Below, one piece after another: positions 1 through 9,269 of a stretch of 64,000 nt of DNA. The notes under the pieces were generated by a model that ran no database searches, was not told the origin of the DNA, and saw nothing but the letters and a program-made list of their open reading frames with translations. The translations under genes were made by a program, and so were the position numbers. The DNA lies in the IMG/VR virus record IMGVR_UViG_3300025770_000870, positions 177,919 through 241,918 of that record; one strand, written 5' to 3'. Numbering within the stretch: position 1 is the first letter of the stretch; each line of letters starts with the position of its first letter.

Positions 1-87
1 GTAAATCCTTTTATAACCAAGGAGGTTTTAATAGAATGGAGTAATATAAAGAAAACTTTCGAGAGTTTTATCTACAAAAGAGATTAA

Positions 88-738
88 TTATTTCTTTTTC
101 TTATCTTCTTCTTTACCGGTCATCGCCCTTTTAATTAAATCATTCAATTTTCTATTATCCATTACTTCACCACCTTCATCCTTTACTCCTTCATCGGCAG
201 CGTGAGCGACTTGTGATTTAAGAACATCTGGACTTTCAATATCATTCAAGCCTAAATCGCTTCTTAGTGTTTTGTAGAATTTTTCAAGATCTGTTCTTTG
301 TGTTGATAGAAATTTAGAATTTTCTCTTATCTGACCAATTGTTTGATTGACAACTTCGTGCATTCTAGCTGAGTTATCACCGTTATCTACCTGCCTTAGT
401 TGATTTAAGAAGTTTTTACGAGTCATTTTAGAAAGAAATATAGCCTCGGCATAAACTAAAGCATCTTCCCTCATTTTTGTTTTTATGTATGAGTGTTCTT
501 TTAATTGTGGTACATCACTTAGATATAAATCTACAAGTGACTCTAAGACTTCCATTGATTGTTGTGATGAAACACTTAAATCTGAATCGTAATCATATAT
601 CTCTATTTCTCCTAGATCTGGTAAGTCCTCGGGTTTAGCTAAGTGGTCAGATATATCAAAATTGAAATCATTACTTTCTGACTGAATTTGGTCAAATTCA
701 TCTTGTAATCTATTTCTTTCATTCTCACTTTTAGACAT
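88..738 (-). CDS. hypothetical protein (acidic, helical), divergent from terminase
   Basis: 216-aa ORF sharing a 45-bp AT-rich intergenic TATATATA element with TerL; no recognised motif. Confidence 0.7.
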   Translation of the reverse strand: MSKSENERNRLQDEFDQIQSESNDFNFDISDHLAKPEDLPDLGEIEIYDYDSDLSVSSQQSMEVLESLVDLYLSDVPQLKEHSYIKTKMREDALVYAEAIFLSKMTRKNFLNQLRQVDNGDNSARMHEVVNQTIGQIRENSKFLSTQRTDLEKFYKTLRSDLGLNDIESPDVLKSQVAHAADEGVKDEGGEVMDNRKLNDLIKRAMTGKEEDKKKK

Positions 739-783
739 AGAGGTGGTTTTTTACAATATATATAAAAAAAATATGCTTTCTTT

Positions 784-2916
784 ATGGCTAAGGAACAAGT
801 ACAGAGACAAATGATATTCACAACCATTCTGGTTGATGATGCTACTGATAAAATAAATGATGGTGTTGTTGTTAAGAGATACCAGAACCCTTGGCTAAAA
901 AGTGAAGTTGGTTTAAGAAGAGCTGGTGTTACTTTTAAGATGACTACTACTGAACAACAAGAGTATATTAGATGTGCTTTGGATGTTCACTATTTCACTG
1001 AAAAATATTGTAAGGTTAAAACAGAGGACGGTAGTGTAGGTAATATAAAACTTCGAGATTATCAAAAAGATATGATGGATAATTTTGTTAATAATAGATT
1101 TAATATATTAATGGCATCCAGGCAGGTCGGTAAGACTATATCATCCTCTATTTTTATGTTACATACAATTTTATTTAATAATGATAAGAATGTGATGATA
1201 GTTGCGAATAAAGGTGATACTGCGGTTGAGATTGTTGATAAGATGAAATCTATTTATACTTTATTACCTTTCTTTCTAAAGCCTGGTATAAAAACCTGGA
1301 ACCAGAAATCATTAACATTTGAGAATGGGTGTAGGATAAAGACATCTGCTAGAACAAAGACACCTGCGATTGGTTTTACTATTGATGTTTTATATCTTGA
1401 TGAGTTTGCTCATATACCATCCAATATTATAGAACCATACTACACGGCTGTATTTCCAACTGTATCAGCAATTAAGAATTCTAAGATTATAATAACATCA
1501 ACACCCAATGGTATGAACTTATTCCATAAATTACTTACTGATGGTGAGAGACCAGATGGTGATCCTAGAAGGAATAACTTTAAAGCTCATAGGGTTTATT
1601 GGTATCAAGTACCGGGTAGGTTTGTTACTTATGTTAGATTGAATGATCATAAATTATATGAACAGGGTATTGATAAGGAATATATTTTAAAATTTCTTCA
1701 AGAAAACCTTGGTGATATTACTAAAGTTGATATGTCTTATAATATTGATTTACAAAAAAATATTATAAGTGTACTTAATAATGATAAATGCTCTGATGAT
1801 GATATTAGATCATTGATGATAGTAAATTCAAAGGACGAGGAGATTCCTTTATTTTCTGTTGCTGAGTTAACAACTTGGAAAGAAGAAGCTATTAAGGATA
1901 TTGGTGGAGAAGATGCTTTTAACCAAGAGTACGGTTTGAGATTTATCAATGCTAGTAAATCTCTATTAAATGAGTCTATTATAGATGATTTATTAAAGTC
2001 TAAGAAAAATTATATTCATGAGGAAATTTCAGAATTTGAAAAACTTAGATTTAGTTATAATGAATTAAGATGGGTTGATGATGATGTTTACCTACCATTA
2101 ATGAGAAAGGATTATAAAATTGTATTATCTGTGGATATCGCCGAGGGTTTAGGACAAGATTATTCAATAATAAATATATTCAGAGTTAATAATAAGACAA
2201 AGGAAGTCATAGATAACCAAAAGGCAGCATATACATCAATTGTTGATTTCTTTAAATTAGAACAAATAGGTATATATAGGAGTAATTTAGTATCTGTTAA
2301 GCAATTGGCTGAGATTTTATATCTTATTGCCTTTGAGTATTTTAATCCAGATAATGTTAAAGTTGTTTTAGAATTAAATAATTATGGCAATACATTATTA
2401 GCTGAGCTACCACATGTTTTTGAGGGTAATAATGATTATGGTTCTTCTATTTTTGTTAGATATAAACATAGAGCTGATGCTAACGAAGAGAAGGTTGGGT
2501 TAAAAGTTGGAGAAAATAAAAATTTATTGGTTAAGGATTATCAAGACTTAATGATATCTAAGGGATTCTCAATTAATAATGAGGAAACAATTAGAGAGAT
2601 AACAACCTTTGTTAAACACACAACAACTGCTGGTAATACCAGATATGCTGCTGATGTAGGTCATGATGATTGCGTTATGACTATTGTTAACTCAACATCT
2701 ATATTTAAAAAGAGTGAATTTCGTGAAATGGTTGAGGAATGGTCGAGTAAATTTACAGATAGAGATCTTATGTCTTATATAAATGGGTGCTTGAAAAACT
2801 TTGATTATGTTGAGGGTGTGGATTATGGACAAGTACTAAAGGTTAGAAGAAATTTCCAAAATCGTAATAAGAATACTGGATTAGATAATAACATTGGTAC
2901 TTGGTTTGGTCAATAA
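784..2916 (+). CDS. terminase large subunit (T4 gp17-like)
   Basis: Q motif LRDYQ, Walker A ASRQVGKT, Walker B YLDEFAH, coupling motif ITSTPNG, nuclease motifs SVDIAEGLGQDYS and GHDDCVM. Confidence 0.95.
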   Translation: MAKEQVQRQMIFTTILVDDATDKINDGVVVKRYQNPWLKSEVGLRRAGVTFKMTTTEQQEYIRCALDVHYFTEKYCKVKTEDGSVGNIKLRDYQKDMMDNFVNNRFNILMASRQVGKTISSSIFMLHTILFNNDKNVMIVANKGDTAVEIVDKMKSIYTLLPFFLKPGIKTWNQKSLTFENGCRIKTSARTKTPAIGFTIDVLYLDEFAHIPSNIIEPYYTAVFPTVSAIKNSKIIITSTPNGMNLFHKLLTDGERPDGDPRRNNFKAHRVYWYQVPGRFVTYVRLNDHKLYEQGIDKEYILKFLQENLGDITKVDMSYNIDLQKNIISVLNNDKCSDDDIRSLMIVNSKDEEIPLFSVAELTTWKEEAIKDIGGEDAFNQEYGLRFINASKSLLNESIIDDLLKSKKNYIHEEISEFEKLRFSYNELRWVDDDVYLPLMRKDYKIVLSVDIAEGLGQDYSIINIFRVNNKTKEVIDNQKAAYTSIVDFFKLEQIGIYRSNLVSVKQLAEILYLIAFEYFNPDNVKVVLELNNYGNTLLAELPHVFEGNNDYGSSIFVRYKHRADANEEKVGLKVGENKNLLVKDYQDLMISKGFSINNEETIREITTFVKHTTTAGNTRYAADVGHDDCVMTIVNSTSIFKKSEFREMVEEWSSKFTDRDLMSYINGCLKNFDYVEGVDYGQVLKVRRNFQNRNKNTGLDNNIGTWFGQ

Positions 2917-2921
2917 AAATA

Positions 2922-3203
2922 CTAATTTACTTCCATAGTTACTGATAACCCAGCACTTTCCAATTTATCTTTCATTGTTGAAATAGTTTCTAAGTCTCCG
3001 TACTTTACATCACAGATTCCTTTGAAGTGTACAAGATGAGCACATTGATTAGCTTGTTCTTGTTCATGGTCACAAACCTTCATTAAACAAGTGATTACCC
3101 AATCAAATGAATTGTGATCATCGTTATGTAAATCAAGTCTAAATGGTTTAGAAAGTATTTCATCTACCTTAGTCTCACTTTTTTTCTTTGTAATAGTTGC
3201 CAT
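2922..3203 (-). CDS. clpS: ATP-dependent Clp protease adaptor ClpS
   Basis: LHNDDHNSFDWV...VHFKG.C.V...LESAGL matches the ClpS core. Confidence 0.9.
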   Translation of the reverse strand: MATITKKKSETKVDEILSKPFRLDLHNDDHNSFDWVITCLMKVCDHEQEQANQCAHLVHFKGICDVKYGDLETISTMKDKLESAGLSVTMEVN

Positions 3204-3228
3204 TTTTATTATTTCCTTTTTGTATATA

Positions 3229-3744
3229 TTAATATGTATTTGTTATCTTATTTACTATATCAACAACTGTTACCTCACAATCTTGTTCACTAGCCCATTC
3301 TCTGAACTTTACAAGGTGTTCGTGTCTATCATCATACATGATGAAATTATCACAGTTTGTTTTTTCAATTAATTTTTCGAAAAGTTTGGTTTTGAATTTG
3401 AATGTATCTCCACCATCATTTAAGTGAATTTCATCAAATGATAAATTGTGTTTATTTAGAATTTTTTCAACATTTCCTCTCATTCCTGGTGATTTTTCTA
3501 ATCTACCAGTTGCCATTATTATGTAGTTATCCTCATCTGATACTGCTTCAAGATATCTTTGATATACCCATTCATTTTTATCAACTTCGAAAACATCATT
3601 ATCCAAAGATTCCGATTTACCCCACCATCCAACATATGGCCATGTCATCTCGGTCTTTTTCAACCAAATATCTTTACCTTCAGTCGGCATTGGTGAGTGT
3701 ACTAATGTACCATCAAAATCGAAACAGTATAATGTTTTTGTCAT
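3229..3744 (-). CDS. HAD-superfamily phosphatase (Swiss-army-knife RNA-repair HAD-like)
   Basis: FDFDGTL motif I, ATGR motif II, MYDDR motif IV. Confidence 0.8.
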   Translation of the reverse strand: MTKTLYCFDFDGTLVHSPMPTEGKDIWLKKTEMTWPYVGWWGKSESLDNDVFEVDKNEWVYQRYLEAVSDEDNYIIMATGRLEKSPGMRGNVEKILNKHNLSFDEIHLNDGGDTFKFKTKLFEKLIEKTNCDNFIMYDDRHEHLVKFREWASEQDCEVTVVDIVNKITNTY

Positions 3745-3783
3745 GTTGTTATATATTTATTTTGTCATGTTGTTATATATTTA
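3736..3783. repeat. perfect 24-bp tandem duplication (2 copies) of promoter plus start codon
   Basis: TTTTGTCATGTTGTTATATATTTA at 3736-3759 and 3760-3783. Confidence 0.9.
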
Positions 3784-3872
3784 ATACAAATATAAGTAAA
3801 ATCCTTGAATTTTTCAAATAATACAAGGAGATAATTTGTTAATTTATATATACACCAAAATAAAAAAGTTTT

Positions 3873-4286
3873 ATGAAGTTAGATATTAAGTCAATTCTCA
3901 TATTAATACTTCTAGGGTTTACACTTATATTTGGGTATAAGTGGTACTTTAGTACTGATGGTGAGATTGGTGAAAAATTAGACCAATTACAGGAAAGGTA
4001 TGATGAGATTGAATTAAAGAAACAAGAATCTAATAAAAGGTTAGAAGATAATTCCTTTATTATAGATTCTTTGATGTTAGTTGATAGTCTAAATGGTGAA
4101 AAAATTGCATTACTAGAATTTAATATTAGAGAAGCTGAGGATAAAGCTACCGAAAGCGCTGATAACCTTAGTAGGATAAAAAGAGAATTAGCGGATACTA
4201 GAAAGAAGATAGAAGAATTAAAGAAAAATCCACCAAATAGAACAGGAGACGATTTACTTAATTCTATAAAAAATAAAACGAAATAA
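3873..4286 (+). CDS. membrane-anchored coiled-coil protein (possible i-spanin-like)
   Basis: N-terminal hydrophobic helix ILILILLGFTLIFGY followed by a long heptad region. Confidence 0.5.
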   Translation: MKLDIKSILILILLGFTLIFGYKWYFSTDGEIGEKLDQLQERYDEIELKKQESNKRLEDNSFIIDSLMLVDSLNGEKIALLEFNIREAEDKATESADNLSRIKRELADTRKKIEELKKNPPNRTGDDLLNSIKNKTK

Positions 4287-4786
4287 TGAAAAGTTTATTA
4301 ACATTGTTGGTTGGGTTATTAATTTCTATTAATGTACTTTCACAAGAAATAGAATATCCTAGATATGAATTAGATTCTTTGGGTCAAAGTGTTGTTGTTA
4401 TGACAATAGAACAAGCTCAAAAGCTTGATAATAATTCTGATTTATTACAACTATTTGAGCAGTTAAATGTCCAGATTGGTAGTTATGATTCGGTTTGTGT
4501 TAAGGCGGTTAATGATAAGAATATTTTGATATCAGAACAAAAAGTTTTAATAGAACAATTAAACACTAGTATTGATACTAAGGACACCACAATCGAAACT
4601 TTACAAAAACAAGTAACTGAGTATCAGTTAAGGGAGGTTATGTTTAATGATCAATTGATAAATCTAAAGGATCAGATAGATTTGAAAGATAAACAGATAC
4701 GTGAGATGAAAACTAAGATGATAATAGGAGGAGGTCTCGGAGGTCTCGCTATTGTTGGTTTAATAATATCTATATTATTACCATAA
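4286..4786 (+). CDS. exported coiled-coil protein with C-terminal TM helix (possible spanin partner)
   Basis: signal-peptide-like N-terminus, coiled coil, C-terminal GGGLGGLAIVGLIISILL; translationally coupled to the upstream ORF. Confidence 0.5.
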   Translation: MKSLLTLLVGLLISINVLSQEIEYPRYELDSLGQSVVVMTIEQAQKLDNNSDLLQLFEQLNVQIGSYDSVCVKAVNDKNILISEQKVLIEQLNTSIDTKDTTIETLQKQVTEYQLREVMFNDQLINLKDQIDLKDKQIREMKTKMIIGGGLGGLAIVGLIISILLP

Positions 4787-4848
4787 TTAAGTTGTAAAAA
4801 ACGGCTTTTAATACTTAATATATAACTTATAAAAAAATTCTATTAAAT

Positions 4849-5442
4849 ATGAAGCATATTAGAACGTATGAAAAATATCGTATTGTAAAGAACAGATCTG
4901 AAATTATCAAAGAAGCTGTTCTACAAGTTAATGATATTTATAAAGTAAAGACAATGATTGATATTCCTCAATCTTTGATTAACTCTTATGTTAAGAAAGT
5001 TAAAGAAACTACTGGTAAGAACCTAAGACAATTTTTTGGTGATGTTGACATCGCTGAGGAAATTGTTAAATATATTAATATGAACAATCTTGATATAGAG
5101 AAGATTCCAGGTGGAGCTTTGATGGGTGGTCAAGAAGAAACACAAGTTCAGCAAGCTCAACCAGAAGCACAACCACAAGCTCAAATGCAACCTCAGGTTC
5201 AACCAGAAGCACAACAAACACAACCACAAGGTGAGTTTGAAGAGCCACAAGCAGATGCTCAAGTACAGGCTCAAGATGGTCAAGTACAAGTTCAAGCAGA
5301 TGGTCAAACACAAGTACAAGATGGTCAAGTACAGGCTCAAGATGGTCAAGTACAGGCTCAAGATGGTCAAACACAAGGTCAAGTACAAGGTCAAGCACAA
5401 GACGAAGATGAAGAAGAGGACGAAGAAGAACTTCCACTTTAA
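4849..5442 (+). CDS. Gln-rich low-complexity protein with CTS-like N-terminus
   Basis: starts MKHIRTYEKY; QAQDGQV repeats; acidic tail EEEELPL; late-promoter motif upstream. Confidence 0.75.
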   Translation: MKHIRTYEKYRIVKNRSEIIKEAVLQVNDIYKVKTMIDIPQSLINSYVKKVKETTGKNLRQFFGDVDIAEEIVKYINMNNLDIEKIPGGALMGGQEETQVQQAQPEAQPQAQMQPQVQPEAQQTQPQGEFEEPQADAQVQAQDGQVQVQADGQTQVQDGQVQAQDGQVQAQDGQTQGQVQGQAQDEDEEEDEEELPL

Positions 5443-5465
5443 TTTATAGAAAATATTAAAAAATG

Positions 5466-5497
5466 AAACCCATCAAATAAACTTTGATGGGTTTTTT
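5466..5497 (+). terminator. intrinsic terminator
   Basis: AAACCCATCAAA-taaac-TTTGATGGGTTT followed by a T-run. Confidence 0.8.
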
Positions 5498-5515
5498 ATT
5501 TAATATATACTTACA

Positions 5516-6130
5516 ATGAGATACCTAAAGGCATATGAGAATTATAATACTGATACAACACTTATAATTGTTGATGTTCAAAAATCATTTAAGAAATTCT
5601 TTTCTGAGATGTACATAAATAAATTAAAAAAGTATTGTAATGAATTTGTCAATGTTTATCAAATCTGGGATAACCATACAGATGGTAAAATTGTTGATAA
5701 AGACTACTTATATGATAAAAATCCTGAAATTCCAATACATGATGATTTATACCATTTTCCTAACCAAAGTGAGTTAATCGAAAAGAGATATAATTATGAT
5801 GTAGATGCTGATTTTTATAAAAAAATTCTAGATAAGGAAGTTTATAAAGAGATTAGTGATAAAGAGGATAATAAACAATTAAAAAAAGGTGACTTTTTCC
5901 GAACAAAAGAGGGAACTATTATAGTTTATATTGGTAATAATCATAAATGGTTCCAAGTTCCTATTAAATTATATAAACATCTTGTTGAATTAAGGGGTAA
6001 GAGTGTTATTATTGTTGGTGGTTCTGATTCTGAATGTTTGGAGGATATTATTACATCTGCTGAAAGTCTTGGTGTTAATATTAAAAGAGATTATAAGTAT
6101 ATCTACTCAGCAAATCATTGTCCTATCTAA
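5516..6130 (+). CDS. isochorismatase/cysteine-hydrolase-fold protein
   Basis: LIIVDVQKSF N-terminal motif and IIVGGSDSECLE; CTS-like start MRYLKAYENY. Confidence 0.6.
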   Translation: MRYLKAYENYNTDTTLIIVDVQKSFKKFFSEMYINKLKKYCNEFVNVYQIWDNHTDGKIVDKDYLYDKNPEIPIHDDLYHFPNQSELIEKRYNYDVDADFYKKILDKEVYKEISDKEDNKQLKKGDFFRTKEGTIIVYIGNNHKWFQVPIKLYKHLVELRGKSVIIVGGSDSECLEDIITSAESLGVNIKRDYKYIYSANHCPI

Positions 6131-6504
6131 ATTACTGAAGCATAAACCTCATAGTCTTTGAGATTGAATGTTATAACCATATACTCTTGGTGTCTATCTG
6201 GATCTTCGAAAAACTCAACTGTTAGCCCATAGTCTATACCATCTATTTCCTCTATATAATCTGATATTTGTGCTCTAATATCTCCTTCGATAGCTTCTGC
6301 TGATAATCTTGTTTCATATAATAGAGCTGGTAAATCTGCTCCGAAGTTTGGATCACCTAATAAATCACCTTTATTAGTGAAAATGACCATTTCGTATTTT
6401 TGTACGATCACCCTAATCACATCATCCTCAATCATTTCTTTATCGGTGAATCTTGGGTGACCAGGGTAACCTATGTAGAAGTCTATAAAATTAATATCTG
6501 CCAT
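6127..6504 (-). CDS. baseplate wedge protein, gp25/GPW-like
   Basis: TNKGDLLGDPNFGADLPALLYE matches the GPW_gp25 T.KGER...P.FG..L..LLFE pattern. Confidence 0.8.
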   Translation of the reverse strand: MADINFIDFYIGYPGHPRFTDKEMIEDDVIRVIVQKYEMVIFTNKGDLLGDPNFGADLPALLYETRLSAEAIEGDIRAQISDYIEEIDGIDYGLTVEFFEDPDRHQEYMVITFNLKDYEVYASVI

Positions 6505-6536
6505 GTGTTTATATATTAATTTTTATATATACTCAT

Positions 6537-7106
6537 ATGAAATATCTGAAATTTTTTGAATCTTATAGAGGAACTGTATCTGTTAATAGAGATATTTTTA
6601 TAAAGGTTTTATCTGATTATAGTAGTATATATGATGATGGTTTGGTTACACAATTAGAGGAATTGGGATTTGAGAGTAGTGATGTAATTGCTGATATGAT
6701 AGAAGATTCATTGAATAATGGTGATCGTATAAGTTTAGAGGCTATAACACTTTTAGTTGATGAGATATCAAGAGGTAATTCTGAGAGGAGCGCAAGTAAG
6801 TTACAGGATATTTATAATGAATGTGAATATCATTTAAATAATAGTACTGTTGATGTTATTGATAACTTGAAAGATATATTCTCTGAATATGTTGATGATA
6901 ATAAAGCAATGATATATAAAACTGGTGATAAATCTGACAACCGATGTGTCGTTTTACTAAAACAGGTTGATGTTTTGTTAAATATCGATTTCGATGAAGT
7001 ATTAAATAGGGTTAAAGAATTTGTAAACTTAAAACATATGGAATATGTTGGTAGTAAAGACCGAATTAAATTTGAGTTTTATGAAAGATATCCTGATGAA
7101 GATTAG
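6537..7106 (+). CDS. hypothetical protein with CTS-like N-terminus
   Basis: starts MKYLKFFESY, a few nt after TTATATATAC. Confidence 0.7.
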   Translation: MKYLKFFESYRGTVSVNRDIFIKVLSDYSSIYDDGLVTQLEELGFESSDVIADMIEDSLNNGDRISLEAITLLVDEISRGNSERSASKLQDIYNECEYHLNNSTVDVIDNLKDIFSEYVDDNKAMIYKTGDKSDNRCVVLLKQVDVLLNIDFDEVLNRVKEFVNLKHMEYVGSKDRIKFEFYERYPDED

Positions 7107-8062
7107 TTCAATATATCTCTTAACTTACCAATTATAGTCATCCCTAAAACAATAGGATCTGTGTTAGTCTCTAATTTTGACGAATAATCTGATATTATAT
7201 AATTACACTCGAATAACTTATCAACATTTTTACCTTGTTCCATAGACCATTTTATAAATGGTGTTCCTAATACTTTAATCATACCATCTATTTTCTCAGG
7301 ACCGAACATATTCATTAAGAAATGATAGATTTTTTCGTAATCCATTGATGTGTCATATATAGTCTTGTATAAATCTAACCTAACCTTATTAGAAACATTA
7401 GATGATGATGTCGATTCTCCAGTTTTTATGTGTGTTTCAAGATCAACCATTATTTCTCTGAAATCTGGGAACTTCTTATTGATAATAGTAACTAAACTTT
7501 CCTTTGATATTTCTTCTTCTTCTGTTGGTAATACAGTATTATTAATTCTCTTGTATATTGCTTGTTTTAGAAACTTTTCTTCTTCTAAATTCTCACAATC
7601 GAAGTTTAATCTAGGTATTCTGGATTTAATACCACCATCTATCTTATTTAAGTGATTGGTTGTTATTATAAACCTAACATTTTTACTATACTTTTCTATA
7701 AATGCTTTAAACCCATCTTGAAACTGAGCGGATGTTCTTTCAAACTCATCAAAAAATATATATTTATAATCTGATTCTGTTTCCATCATAGGTGAAAACT
7801 TACAAAAATCATCAATTTCATTTCTAAGTAAATCAATTGATGTCTCGATAGAACTATTTATTTCTAGGAATGGTTTATCCTTGGTGTATTTACCAATGAG
7901 TATTCTAGCTAAGCTGGTTTTGCCAGTTCCATAATTTCCATGAAAAATATAATTTCCATCAATTCCGTTTTCAAAATGCTTTCTGATTCTAGGTAATAGA
8001 ATCACATCATCCATAGTCTTTGGACGCCATCTTTCCCATAATAATAATTTTTTTACGCTCAT
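7103..8062 (-). CDS. sliding-clamp loader ATPase subunit (T4 gp44/RFC-like)
   Basis: WERWRPKT box, GNYGTGKT Walker A, FFDEFE Walker B, IKSR (SRC-like) motif. Confidence 0.9.
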   Translation of the reverse strand: MSVKKLLLWERWRPKTMDDVILLPRIRKHFENGIDGNYIFHGNYGTGKTSLARILIGKYTKDKPFLEINSSIETSIDLLRNEIDDFCKFSPMMETESDYKYIFFDEFERTSAQFQDGFKAFIEKYSKNVRFIITTNHLNKIDGGIKSRIPRLNFDCENLEEEKFLKQAIYKRINNTVLPTEEEEISKESLVTIINKKFPDFREIMVDLETHIKTGESTSSSNVSNKVRLDLYKTIYDTSMDYEKIYHFLMNMFGPEKIDGMIKVLGTPFIKWSMEQGKNVDKLFECNYIISDYSSKLETNTDPIVLGMTIIGKLRDILN

Positions 8063-8124
8063 AACATGTATATTGATATTTTGTGATAAGTTTTGGAGAA
8101 GATTTAGTTTTTATATATACATCT

Positions 8125-9168
8125 ATGATAGGTGAAAGATTTAATATGGAGGATGTTTTCTTCCGAGATTTAACAGTTTGTGTTCTTGATACCTTAGAAG
8201 GTCAAGTTAATTGGGTTAATAGATTTTCTTCTGGGGATGTTTATGTAAAAGTACCTTTTTATTACTCATTGACGGGTGATGAGAGGTTTTTATTGGATAC
8301 ATTTCAGGATGATGTGGTTTCTGAAAATAGATTTGTTGAATTAAACACCGATATTATACCAAGGGGTCACATAACAATGACTGGATTTAATATTAATTCT
8401 GATGAATTCTCCAATCCTAATGTTTGGTTGAGAATGGTTGTCGAGAATGAGGTTGAGATAAGAAAGATTTTAGCTAAAGTTAGAGCAGTTCCTATTACTG
8501 TTAGTTATGATTTGGAAATATTACTTTCTAGTGAAGTAGATACGTTCAAGTGTAGTCAGGCAATAATGGATACTTTATGGTTATATAAATTTATGTATTT
8601 TGAGCATAACTTTATGAATATAGATGCTGTTATATTAATGCCAGATGGTAATTCAATAGAAATGGCACGTGAAAAAAATATGTCTTCTGATAATAATATT
8701 AAGATGAAGGTCTCATTTGAGGTACAAACATATTATCCAGCTTTTAGAAAAGATAGATATAATGGTGTGGGTTATCCTAGGAATTATGGTGATGGTATGA
8801 CTGATTTAAATGGTCATACAATAGTAGATGGGTTTTCGGAGGGATTTGGTACTGATAACCCATCGAATTCTCCTGGACCGTTCGCGCCCGGAGGTGGTAC
8901 TAATAACGTACCGAATTCTCCTTATGATTATATTGGTGGTCTAGATCCTAATATTAATACTGGTACTACACCATATGGTGCTACTGGTAATTATACATAC
9001 ATTCAAAATCCTAATGGTTCCGGTGATCCTGATTATTATATCACACCTAAAAGAACTAGATGGTTTAATAATATACTAAGAGCTAGACAAAAATCTAGTA
9101 TACCAATAAATAACCCAAATTCACAAGATCCTAATAATGGATCATCAGGAAATCCTTACACTCCGTAA
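8125..9168 (+). CDS. tail completion/sheath terminator (T4 gp15-like) with Gly/Pro/Asn-rich extension
   Basis: VPFYYS, IIPRGHI and VPITVSYDLEI resemble gp15 blocks; start probably the ATG near 8125-8126 (MIGERF) just after the late promoter, not the 8083 track start. Confidence 0.55.
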   Translation: MIGERFNMEDVFFRDLTVCVLDTLEGQVNWVNRFSSGDVYVKVPFYYSLTGDERFLLDTFQDDVVSENRFVELNTDIIPRGHITMTGFNINSDEFSNPNVWLRMVVENEVEIRKILAKVRAVPITVSYDLEILLSSEVDTFKCSQAIMDTLWLYKFMYFEHNFMNIDAVILMPDGNSIEMAREKNMSSDNNIKMKVSFEVQTYYPAFRKDRYNGVGYPRNYGDGMTDLNGHTIVDGFSEGFGTDNPSNSPGPFAPGGGTNNVPNSPYDYIGGLDPNINTGTTPYGATGNYTYIQNPNGSGDPDYYITPKRTRWFNNILRARQKSSIPINNPNSQDPNNGSSGNPYTP

Positions 9169-9269
9169 ATATTTTACGATCTGTTAAAGGAATATATAAA
9201 AATGGTAAAAAATGACTTTTTACTATTAATATATAATAATAAGTAGAAAAAAAAATAATATTTTAAAGT

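Noticed and set aside
88-738. Small terminase subunit
   Set aside because: Only adjacency supports it; the gene is divergent from TerL and has no gp16-like motif
1621-1875. Intein or intron in terminase
   Set aside because: The frame is continuous, with no splice-junction residues and no LAGLIDADG/HNH motif
5023-5449. Three alternative-frame ORFs (5023-5400, 5075-5437, 5126-5449)
   Set aside because: Shadows of the Gln-rich repeat in the 4849 gene; low complexity with no independent signals
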